The translations under genes were made by a program, and so were the position numbers. Below are positions 27,971 to 35,916 of a stretch of DNA of 64,000 nucleotides, piece by piece (within the stretch, counting starts at the first letter, position 1; every line of letters begins with the position of its first letter). The notes below the pieces were generated by a model, which saw nothing but the letters and a program-made list of their open reading frames with translations, did not search any database and had not been told where the DNA came from. The stretch spans positions 1,070,558-1,134,557 of the forward strand of contig LNEM01000030.1 of assembly GCA_001464955.1 (NCBI GenBank), read 5' to 3'. The DNA is from Rhizobiales bacterium Ga0077537. GTDB taxonomy: Bacteria > Pseudomonadota > Alphaproteobacteria > Rhizobiales > Hyphomicrobiaceae.

Positions 27971-29215
27971 ATGGCAATCGGTACGGAGCGCTCGGAGCGC
28001 ACGGCCGCCGGCCTGTTGGGAGAAGCTGTTCACCGCAATCGCACGCTGTCCCGCGAAGGTCTGCTCGAGCGCATGTTCACGCTCGCCTTCAGCGAACTGG
28101 TCTACCCCCAGATCTGGGAGGACCCTCGCGTCGACATGGAAGCGCTGGCGATCCAGCCCGATTCGCGCATAGTGACCATCGCGTCGGGTGGCTGCAATCT
28201 GATGAGCTACCTCGTCGCCGACCCGGCCCGCATCCTGGCCGTCGACCTCAATCACGCCCATATCGCGCTCAACAAGATGAAGATCGCGGCCGCCCGGCAT
28301 CTGCCGGATGTCGAGGCCTTCCGCCGCATGTTCTTCGACGCGGCCGATCCGGCGAACGTCGCCGCCTACGACACGTACATCGCTCCCCATCTCGATGCCA
28401 CCTCGCGCGCCTATTGGGAAGGCCGAGACAAGCTGGGCCGTCGCCGCATCACGGCGTTCTCGCGCGGCTTCTACAAGACCGGCCTGCTCGGCCTTTGCAT
28501 TGCGTTCGCCCACGGTGTGGCGCGCATGTATGGCAAGGACCCGCGGATCATGCTGACGGCCAGATCCCTGGCCGAACAGAAGACGATCTACGAGGCCAAT
28601 CTCGCGCCGCTGTTCCAGAAGAAGCTCGTGCGCAAGATCCTCGGCAACGAGACGTCGCTCTATGGGCTAGGCATTCCGCCGGCGCAGTACAAGGAATTGC
28701 TCGGTGATGCGCCGCACATGGCCGTCGTCGTCGAGGAGCGCTTGCGCAAGCTGGCCTGCGACTTCGACCTGAAGGACAACTATTTCGCGTGGCAGGCATT
28801 CAACCGGGGCTACGCACCGGGTCCAGATGCGTCCGTCCCGCCCTATCTGGAGCCGGCCAACTATCCCCTGATCAAGGCCCGCGCCGACCGCGTCGAGATC
28901 AACCATCTGACCTTTACCAAGCTGCTCCAGCGCGAGCCTGATCGATCGCTCGACCGCTACGTGCTGCTCGACGCGCAGGACTGGATGGATGATGCGACCT
29001 TGACCGAACTCTGGGTCGAGATCACGCGCACGGCACGGCCGGGCGCGCGCGTCATCTTCCGCACTGCCGGCACCGAGACCATCCTGCCCGGTCGTGTACC
29101 CGAGACGACGCTCGGCCGCTGGCACTACGAGGCCGAAGACTCGCGTCGCTGGTCCACTGCCGACCGATCGGCCATTTACGGCGCCTTCCACCTCTATGTC
29201 CTGAAGCCGGAGTGA
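27971..29215 (+). CDS. btaA: S-adenosylmethionine:diacylglycerol 3-amino-3-carboxypropyl transferase BtaA (DUF3419)
   Basis: LLERMFTLAFSELVYPQIWEDPRVDMEAL and IASGGCNLMSYL are typical of DUF3419/BtaA. 414 aa. Followed by an overlapping methyltransferase gene. Confidence 0.8.
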   Translation: MAIGTERSERTAAGLLGEAVHRNRTLSREGLLERMFTLAFSELVYPQIWEDPRVDMEALAIQPDSRIVTIASGGCNLMSYLVADPARILAVDLNHAHIALNKMKIAAARHLPDVEAFRRMFFDAADPANVAAYDTYIAPHLDATSRAYWEGRDKLGRRRITAFSRGFYKTGLLGLCIAFAHGVARMYGKDPRIMLTARSLAEQKTIYEANLAPLFQKKLVRKILGNETSLYGLGIPPAQYKELLGDAPHMAVVVEERLRKLACDFDLKDNYFAWQAFNRGYAPGPDASVPPYLEPANYPLIKARADRVEINHLTFTKLLQREPDRSLDRYVLLDAQDWMDDATLTELWVEITRTARPGARVIFRTAGTETILPGRVPETTLGRWHYEAEDSRRWSTADRSAIYGAFHLYVLKPE

Positions 29216-29871
29216 CCGGGATGGCGAGCGAAAGTCATGCCGAGCACCTCGACCGCAACTATCGCTACCAGCGCCACGTCTACGATCTGACGCGCGAGTA
29301 CTATCTTCTGGGGCGCAAGCGCCTGATCGCGGGGTTGAACCCGCCGAAAGGTGGCAGCGTCCTCGAGATCGGCTGCGGCACAGCCTTGAACCTCATTCGG
29401 GCGGCGGCGCGTTTTCCGGACGCCCGCTACTACGGCGTCGATCTCTCACGCATGATGCTCGAGACCGCCGAGGCCGCGTTGGCGCGCCGGAAGCTCGAGG
29501 GCCGGATCAAGTTGGCCCTCGGCGACGCGACCGACTTCGACGCGCGGGCCACCCTGGGACAGGCCGAGTTCGATCGTGTCTTTTTCTCCTACTCGTTGTC
29601 CATGATTCCGCCCTGGGAGGCGGCGCTCGACCACGCGGCCGGCCTCGTCGCGCGCGGCGGCAGCCTGCACATCGTCGATTTCGGTGGCTGCGAGCAGCTT
29701 CCGGCGTCGGCCAAGCGGATACTCTATTCGTGGCTCGCCCAGTTCCGCGTCACGCCGCGTGAGGCCCTCGAAGCCGAGCTGACGGCCCTGTCGAACCGGC
29801 ACGGCCTTTCTCTGAATTTTGAGCGGATTTACCGGGGCTATAGCTACTACGCCGTGCTAAAGCGCAATTGA
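29212..29871 (+). CDS. btaB: class I SAM-dependent methyltransferase BtaB (DGTS synthesis)
   Basis: SAM motif I VLEIGCGTALNL. 4-nt overlap with btaA. Size (219 aa) and context fit BtaB. Confidence 0.75.
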   Translation: MTGMASESHAEHLDRNYRYQRHVYDLTREYYLLGRKRLIAGLNPPKGGSVLEIGCGTALNLIRAAARFPDARYYGVDLSRMMLETAEAALARRKLEGRIKLALGDATDFDARATLGQAEFDRVFFSYSLSMIPPWEAALDHAAGLVARGGSLHIVDFGGCEQLPASAKRILYSWLAQFRVTPREALEAELTALSNRHGLSLNFERIYRGYSYYAVLKRN

Positions 29872-29880
29872 GACGCGGTG

Positions 29881-29958
29881 CGAGTGTAGCGCCTCTGACG
29901 TTTGGTACCCGGTTGCGGTCAATCTCGTCACCAAACGTCAGAGGTAAAGCTACACTCG
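29881..29958. repeat. 78-nt composite inverted repeat (long hairpin) downstream of btaB
   Basis: CGAGTGTAGC-g-CCTCTGACGTTTGGT, a 23-nt loop, then ACCAAACGTCAGAGG-taaa-GCTACACTCG. That is 10 + 15 perfectly paired bp. Lower GC than the flanks. Confidence 0.7.
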
Positions 29959-30088
29959 AAACAATCAGTTGCTCGTGTTCCTTTGGCGCCGCCATTTGCT
30001 CTCGACCAAGCCGCGAAGGGAAGCAAATGTCGGCGCCGGAACACGAGCGTGCCCGGGTCCATGAGCCGGCACGGCGAGGCAGACGGTC

Positions 30089-30778
30089 ATGAAGCTCGTC
30101 ATTTTCGACTGCGACGGAACGCTGATCGACAGTCAGCACAACATTACGGCCGCCATGGCGCACGCCTTCGAGTCGCATGGGCTCACGCCGCCGCCGACGC
30201 ACGAGGTGCTGAGCGTCGTCGGCCTCTCTCTGACCGAAGCCTTTGCCGTGCTGGCGCCAGGACAGCCGCTGGAACTTCGCCGGAGCCTCGCCGAGCACTA
30301 CCGCGGCGCTCACGCCGAAGGGCGCCTCCAGCGGGTCGAGGAGCCGCTCTATCCCGGCGTCCGTGAAACCATCGAAGCGCTCGGCACGCGCGGCGATGTT
30401 CTGCTCGGCATCGCGACGGGCAAGTCCCGGCGTGGGGTGGCGCGTCTGCTGGAGCGGGAGGGTTGGCACGGCACGTTCCTCACCATCCAGACCGCTGACG
30501 ATCATCCTTCGAAGCCCCACCCCTCGATGATCATGGCGGCGCTCGCCGAGGCCGGTGTCGGGGCGACCGACGCGGTCATGGTGGGTGATACCAGCTTCGA
30601 CATGACCATGGCTCGCAGTGCCGCCGTCTCGGCGCTGGGCGTGTCCTGGGGCTATCATCACCCGGACCTCCTGGTCCGCGCCGGCGCCCATCGCGTCATC
30701 GATCGTGGCGCCGACCTCGTATCGGCCATCGAGCAGTTGCTTGGGGAACGAGAGGCAGGAGAAGGACACGTCCGATGA
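30089..30778 (+). CDS. HAD-family hydrolase (phosphoglycolate phosphatase-like)
   Basis: Motif I FDCDGTLIDS, motif II IATGKS, motif IV VGDTSFDM. 229 aa. Confidence 0.85.
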   Translation: MKLVIFDCDGTLIDSQHNITAAMAHAFESHGLTPPPTHEVLSVVGLSLTEAFAVLAPGQPLELRRSLAEHYRGAHAEGRLQRVEEPLYPGVRETIEALGTRGDVLLGIATGKSRRGVARLLEREGWHGTFLTIQTADDHPSKPHPSMIMAALAEAGVGATDAVMVGDTSFDMTMARSAAVSALGVSWGYHHPDLLVRAGAHRVIDRGADLVSAIEQLLGEREAGEGHVR

Positions 30779-31563
30779 CGAGCGACCGTCCGCATCCCCC
30801 GACGCGGCCTATCGTCTTGCCGGGCGCGGGGGCTGGCACTCCGTCGCTACCGGCCCGCTTCTACAAGTCCGTGACGGTTGCCGAAGCAGGCGACGGCAAG
30901 GGCTTCGCTGTCCTGCTCGATGGCCGCACCGTGAAGACGCCGGCCCGCCGCAATCTCGAGGTGCAGGCGCGCGGCCTTGCGGAGGCGCTGGCGGCCGAGT
31001 GGTCGGGGCAGCAGGCCGTGATCGATCCGGCCGCGATGCCCTTGACACGCTTGGTCAACACCGCGCTGGACGGCGTCGCTTCACGGACCGCCGAGGTTGC
31101 GGCCGACATCGTGAAGTACGCCGGCAGTGATCTGCTCTGCTATCGGGCGGACTTCCCGGAAGGCCTGGTGGAGCGCCAGACTGCGCTCTGGGACCCCGTC
31201 CTTGCGTGGCTCGCAGCGCGAACTGGATGCCAACTCCGGGTACAGTGCGGGCTGATGCACGTGGCGCAGCCTCAGGCTGCCCTCGATGCCTACGCGGCCG
31301 CCGTGGCCGATCTCGACGCGTTCTCGCTGACGGCGATGCACGTGATGACGACACTCACCGGCTCGGCTGTACTGGCCTTGGCCGTTCTCGAAGGCGAACT
31401 CTCGCCCGAGGCCGCATGGGAAGCGGCCCATGTCGACGAGGACTGGCAGATCTCCGAATGGGGCTCGGACGACGAAGCCATGGCCCGCCGCGAGCGCCGC
31501 TGGACGGAGATGCAGGCCGCCGCCAGACTGGCCCGGCTCGCAGTCGCGCGCGACGAGGCCTGA
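30775..31563 (+). CDS. ATP12-family F1-ATPase assembly chaperone
   Basis: RFYKSVTVAE...GFAVLLDGRTVKTPARRNL and MPLTRLVNTALD match ATP12-family proteins of alphaproteobacteria. 4-nt overlap with the HAD gene. Confidence 0.8.
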   Translation: MTSDRPHPPTRPIVLPGAGAGTPSLPARFYKSVTVAEAGDGKGFAVLLDGRTVKTPARRNLEVQARGLAEALAAEWSGQQAVIDPAAMPLTRLVNTALDGVASRTAEVAADIVKYAGSDLLCYRADFPEGLVERQTALWDPVLAWLAARTGCQLRVQCGLMHVAQPQAALDAYAAAVADLDAFSLTAMHVMTTLTGSAVLALAVLEGELSPEAAWEAAHVDEDWQISEWGSDDEAMARRERRWTEMQAAARLARLAVARDEA

Positions 31564-31589
31564 TCATCGCAAGTTGCGCGGCGATGATC
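31562..31589. terminator. hairpin between convergent ATP12 gene and coiled-coil gene (bidirectional terminator candidate)
   Basis: GATCATCGC-N10-GCGATGATC, a 9-bp perfect stem filling the 27-nt gap between the stops at 31563 and 31591. Confidence 0.4.
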
Positions 31590-31590
31590 G

Positions 31591-33039
31591 TTAGAAGCTG
31601 CCGCCGGTCTCGAAATCCTTGCCCGATGAGCCGCCGCGCTTGCCGCGCCCCCCTCCGCCACCCCCGCCACCGCCGTCACCAAAGATGCCCCCCCAATCGG
31701 ACGGGAAGCCATCGAACGGCGGCAGTCCCGACCGTCGGCGCCACGGATCGGCGGGTCGGTGGCGCCAGCTCTGCTGCATCTTCATGCGCATCCAGTAGTC
31801 CGCCGCCGTGATCGCGCCGCGCAGCAGCAGCTGCAGGAGATCCTCGGTCCGCGATGAATCGTTGAATTGCGACCCGACGTCGTCGTAGCGCTGACGTCGG
31901 AAGTCGGTCGCCACGCGCGACAGGTCGAGACGCTTTTCCGCGATCTGGTCGAGCAGTCGTCTGCGGCCCTTGATGCGCTCCTCGATATCCTCGAGCTGAT
32001 TGGCGAGCTTCGTGATCTGCTCCACGGCGCGGTCGTCTTCGCTGCCCGGGGTGGCGCGTGCGTCGGCCATCAGTCGGCGCGGCGGCTCCCGGTCCAGGAA
32101 CGTCGCGTACGAAGCCACGGCCGAGATGAATGACGAGTCCTCGCCTTTCGCGTAGATGCGGAGCTGGTTGCCGGTCTCGGCGAGCTCGGAAGTGATGCGT
32201 TCGAGGTCCTTCCCGAGCGCGCTCTGGGCGTCGCGCTGGCGCGTCAGCTCCCCCACGAGATCGGCGCCGGCCAAGGCCAGCGTTCGCTCGGCCTCGAGCA
32301 TCTCGATCTCTCCGGCGAGACCGTCGTTGCGCCGTGAGAGGTCATCGGCGTGAGCCCTCAGCCGCACCGGGATCTCGGTCAGCATCGCATAGTTGGCTCG
32401 GGCATCCGTGTACTTGACGAGCCCGGCAACCCACTGGTCGAGAACCTTCACCAGGCCGGTGGCCGTATACTCGGCCGAGCCGAACTTCCGCTGCCACAGG
32501 TACATGAACAGCGGATCGCCCCGATACGGCGCGCCCTTTTCCTGCTCGTCGAGTGCGGCCCGCTCAGCTTTCTCTTTCGCGCGCGCATACGTCTCGGCGG
32601 CGTCGTTCCTCCGCTGCACGAGGTCGGCGTAGGCGCGATCGGTCGCGAGGGCGGCGCGCGCCTCCGAAGCGACCCGGTCGAGCCGTTCCTCCAGTGCCGC
32701 GATCTCGCGCGTCAGCGCATCTTGTCGGGCGACGTGGCGGTCGCGTTCGGCTTCGGCCGACACGTGCCGCTCCTTGAGCTGCAAGATGGTCCGCTGGCGC
32801 GCCTCGAGAATGGTGCGCACTTGATGCGAGAGATTGTCGGCTTCGTCGATCACACCGTCGGAGAAGGCGTCCCGGGCCCGGATGGAGGCAAGCTCCCGCA
32901 TCGCGTCGAGGCGATCGGCGACGAGGCTCGCCCGCTCCTTGTTGGCCTCTTCGAGTTCGCCTTGAAGTGCTGCTTCCTGGGTCTTGAGGTCCCGGAGAGC
33001 GTCTTCGATCCCCGATAGCGTGTCACGGCCGTTCTGCAT
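31591..33039 (-). CDS. coiled-coil protein with C-terminal poly-glycine tail (hypothetical)
   Basis: Start chosen at ATG 33039 (MQNGRDTLSGIEDAL), 1 nt after the upstream gene's TAG, with GAGGTGG as RBS. About 300 aa of heptad-rich sequence, a conserved-looking core PYRGDPLFMYLWQRKFGSAEYTATGLVKVLDQWVAGLV, and the tail GDGGGGGGGGGRGKRGGSSGKDFETGGSF. Confidence 0.65.
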   Translation of the reverse strand: MQNGRDTLSGIEDALRDLKTQEAALQGELEEANKERASLVADRLDAMRELASIRARDAFSDGVIDEADNLSHQVRTILEARQRTILQLKERHVSAEAERDRHVARQDALTREIAALEERLDRVASEARAALATDRAYADLVQRRNDAAETYARAKEKAERAALDEQEKGAPYRGDPLFMYLWQRKFGSAEYTATGLVKVLDQWVAGLVKYTDARANYAMLTEIPVRLRAHADDLSRRNDGLAGEIEMLEAERTLALAGADLVGELTRQRDAQSALGKDLERITSELAETGNQLRIYAKGEDSSFISAVASYATFLDREPPRRLMADARATPGSEDDRAVEQITKLANQLEDIEERIKGRRRLLDQIAEKRLDLSRVATDFRRQRYDDVGSQFNDSSRTEDLLQLLLRGAITAADYWMRMKMQQSWRHRPADPWRRRSGLPPFDGFPSDWGGIFGDGGGGGGGGGRGKRGGSSGKDFETGGSF

Positions 33040-33040
33040 C

Positions 33041-33976
33041 CTACCACCTCGTGAGCGCGCCACCGGACACCTCGCGCCGCCACTGAGGCTCGGTGTAGCC
33101 TTGTGGTTTGCTGCCGAGAACGGCTTTCTGGATGATGCCGTCATCGAGTTTGTCGGCCTGGATCTCGTCGAACACCGACTTGGGGACCCGGATGGCCCAC
33201 TTGGTGACGCGCTCTCTCTCCCCCGTCTCTTCGTTCAGGATGTCGCGGACGATCGTCTTGCCACCCGGTTCGACGGCTTCGACCACGAGATAGTAGTTCC
33301 GGCTTCCCGGATTGATGCGCGGCACGCGCCAGAGGCCGGAGACTTCGCCCTGCCGGTTGAGGATACGGACGTCGAACGCCAGCCGAAGCTCGTCGAGGAT
33401 TCCCTTGAGCTTTGCCTCGGCTGTCCGTGCCGCGCCGACGTCGCCGCCGCTCGCGGCCGAGCGGGCTGCGGCCCCGAGCTGTTGCGCCTCTGCGCGGATG
33501 CTTTCTACCCGGGCCTCGCGCTCGATCTGGCCCAGCAGGTTGGTGATGCGGGCCGGCAGAGCCGTGCCGAGTTCCTGCTTCAGGCTTGCCTGCTCCAACG
33601 AGCGCGGACGCTCGACGGCCAGATACCAGCCGCCGCCGGCCAGGAGGGCGGCAATCCCGATCCCGGCGGCCTTGCGTCCCCACGTGCCTCGCGAAACATA
33701 GAGTTTCGCGAGGCTCACCTGCGCCGACGGCGGCGGCGGCGTGTAGGCGAACCGCTTTTCCTCCAGCGCCTTGACGCCTTCCTCGAGGATGCGGTCCGGA
33801 ACCTCGATACCCTGGCCCTTGTAGATGGCGCGCAGTCGCTCGATCAGGTCCGCGCGCCGGCTGTCATCGTTCAGTTCACGCTCGAGAATGCGCTTGTCGT
33901 GACGCAGCGTATCCACCACGTCCATCGCGATCATGACGTCGTCGAGTGGCCGTGATGGAGGCGCCTCAGTCTGCAT
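33041..33976 (-). CDS. single-pass membrane protein (hypothetical; DUF6384-like by recollection)
   Basis: N-terminal LDDVMIAMDVVDTLRHDKRILEREL...YKGQGIEVPDRILEEGVKALEE, TM AAGIGIAALLAGGGWYLAV, and a roughly 180-aa C-terminal domain. The family name is from memory and unverified. Confidence 0.6.
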   Translation of the reverse strand: MQTEAPPSRPLDDVMIAMDVVDTLRHDKRILERELNDDSRRADLIERLRAIYKGQGIEVPDRILEEGVKALEEKRFAYTPPPPSAQVSLAKLYVSRGTWGRKAAGIGIAALLAGGGWYLAVERPRSLEQASLKQELGTALPARITNLLGQIEREARVESIRAEAQQLGAAARSAASGGDVGAARTAEAKLKGILDELRLAFDVRILNRQGEVSGLWRVPRINPGSRNYYLVVEAVEPGGKTIVRDILNEETGERERVTKWAIRVPKSVFDEIQADKLDDGIIQKAVLGSKPQGYTEPQWRREVSGGALTRW

Positions 33977-34012
33977 TGCGGTCCTCGGGATACGGGGTCA
34001 ACGCCGGGGCGT

Positions 34013-35170
34013 TCAGAGTTCCGCTGCGTCGGTTGCGAGTTTGGCGAGCCGGCGCTTGCCGTCTTCCACGGCCTCGTTGATTTCCTCGGAGTTGCGGCTC
34101 GCCATCACGCGCATTTCCTTGATGATCTGCCGCGACCGCTCCTGGAAGCCGACGATGGAGTCGACGAGCTTCTTCACCGCATCCGCGCGCACCGTCGGTC
34201 CGTAGCCGGCCTTCACGGCAGCTTCCTGCACCTGATTGCCGATTTCGCCGATGGTCTCGAGGCTCTCCGAGACGCCCTTCTTCATGGCTTCCAGCGTCGC
34301 GGTCGACTCGTGCAGCCCGAACAGCCCCGTGAACGACGCCTTGAGCGCCGTCAGAACCGCCTCGTTCGTCGAGAAGAACGTGATCGCCTGCTGATAGACG
34401 CGCTCCTTCGCGTTCGTCGTTTGCAAGAGACGCGTCATGATGACTTCGGTCGTATTGTAACCGATGGTCAGATTGTCGGCGAGATCCTTGGCGATCTGGT
34501 AGCGCTTGTCCTCGTCCTGCATGGCGCGCAAGGCCTCGTCGCGCTTCAGTTCGAGGCGCGCCCGCTCGGCCGGCTCGGTGCCCGCGAACGTGGCCACGGC
34601 TTCACTCGCGGACGTTAGCGCGGTCTTCGTGGCTTCGAGTTTCGCCTCGGCCGTCTTCAGGACTTCGAGCGAGAGGATCTGGGCCTGCTTGTAGGCGCCG
34701 CGATAGTCCTGATAGGCGGCGAGGATGCGCTGCTCGCGGCGGATCTGGTCGGCGCTGTCGGCCGCGACGGCGAGATAGGTCTTCTGGATCTTGTCGAACC
34801 GCTCGGCGACATCGCCGCGCGAGACCTTCATCCAGACATTGTTGACCCGTTCGAATGTCGAGATCCGCCCATCCTCGAGCTGATCCACCATCGACTTCGC
34901 GTCGGCCCGGATCGAATTGAAGCTTTCGACGATGTCGTTGTACCGCTCGCCGATCTTCATCGCCGAGATTTCGTTGCGCACGATCTCGTTGAACGTCGAG
35001 GCTTCCGCGAGCGTGCGCGCGATCACGGTGATCTTGTCCTTGTCGAGATCGGCGATGGTCTCAAGCAGCGCGACGATCGGATCCTGACCCGAGCTTTGCG
35101 CCTTCAGCCCCATGTCGCGCACGGTCGTCAGAGCCTTGTCTAGGTATTGCAGGGCGGGCAGATTGGCCAT
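34013..35170 (-). CDS. TelA-like (toxic anion resistance family-like) all-helical protein
   Basis: Trimmed to ATG 35170 (MANLPALQYL). 385 aa, no TM or signal peptide. The segment order (FNSIRADAKSMVDQL...FERV...RFDKIQKTY...QRILAAYQDY...) parallels TelA/YceH-type proteins as I recall them. The assignment is tentative. Confidence 0.45.
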   Translation of the reverse strand: MANLPALQYLDKALTTVRDMGLKAQSSGQDPIVALLETIADLDKDKITVIARTLAEASTFNEIVRNEISAMKIGERYNDIVESFNSIRADAKSMVDQLEDGRISTFERVNNVWMKVSRGDVAERFDKIQKTYLAVAADSADQIRREQRILAAYQDYRGAYKQAQILSLEVLKTAEAKLEATKTALTSASEAVATFAGTEPAERARLELKRDEALRAMQDEDKRYQIAKDLADNLTIGYNTTEVIMTRLLQTTNAKERVYQQAITFFSTNEAVLTALKASFTGLFGLHESTATLEAMKKGVSESLETIGEIGNQVQEAAVKAGYGPTVRADAVKKLVDSIVGFQERSRQIIKEMRVMASRNSEEINEAVEDGKRRLAKLATDAAEL

Positions 35171-35916
35171 GGATGGTCTCCGTGATGCGGACGGCGCGGG
35201 CGGGAACGTCGTGCAGCCGACATGTGTACGCCGGACCCGCGCGTCAAGTTCCGGATGCCGCTCGATCCTAATACTGCGGCCGCGCACACCCGGCAAATCG
35301 TCCGTTTACATCGCCCCTGCTTGCCGCCCAGTGCGCGCGGCTCGAACAGCTGTCCACCGTCCTCGAGAACACCGGCCTCGACCTCCCTGATCGCTGCCAG
35401 GGGATACTAAAAAACTGAACGAGAATATTGAAATAAATGGAAAATTCGGAATGCCAGTCATCCGCTGCGCCACAATCTGTCCATATTGCAACGTGCACAT
35501 GCATCGTCAGGGACGGTCGCAAGCAGCCCCCGAAGCTGTCGAGCCAGCAGACGCACGGCGCGACAATCGGGAGGTGACGAGGGGAACCGCGTCGCGACTG
35601 TAATGAGGGGGGTGGCCCATCAGCCGTCGGTGGCTCGCGCGTTGCGAAACCGCCTGGCCTGCCCATTCGGGCAGTCGATCGTTACGAGGGGACACTCGAT
35701 GCCGCTAGTCGAACCGTTTTCATAGTTCCGACCTTCCACCGCCAACGCGCAACACCGGTTGAGTGACGCCTTTGGGCGTGTCGCAGGCCCTTGTGGGCAG
35801 GCGAGGCGTGCTGCTGTGGCTTCACGCTGATCATCAGTCCGACGCGCAGTCGTCACGCCGGGGCAGCCTCGGCGATCGATGGCGCGCGGCCGACAGGGTT
35901 CGAAGGAAGGAAAGTC

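Noticed and set aside
26642-28513. 623-aa minus-strand ORF opposite the plcP-like and btaA genes
   Set aside because: Antisense shadow ORF. It has no recognisable motifs, while the plus-strand genes have strong ones. The same reasoning applies to 10870-12441(-), 42594-44498(-), 55460-57175(-), 61159-63627(+), 8674-9981(-) and 16394-18301(+).
35451-35603. 50-codon ORF MPVIRCATICPYCNVHMHRQ... with a CxxxCxxC motif inside the AT-rich island
   Set aside because: Its third-position GC is low and its codon choice atypical for this genome. Only a weak RBS is present, and the second half is low-complexity. It is probably a chance ORF. Ribo-seq or conservation of the Cys pattern could revive it.
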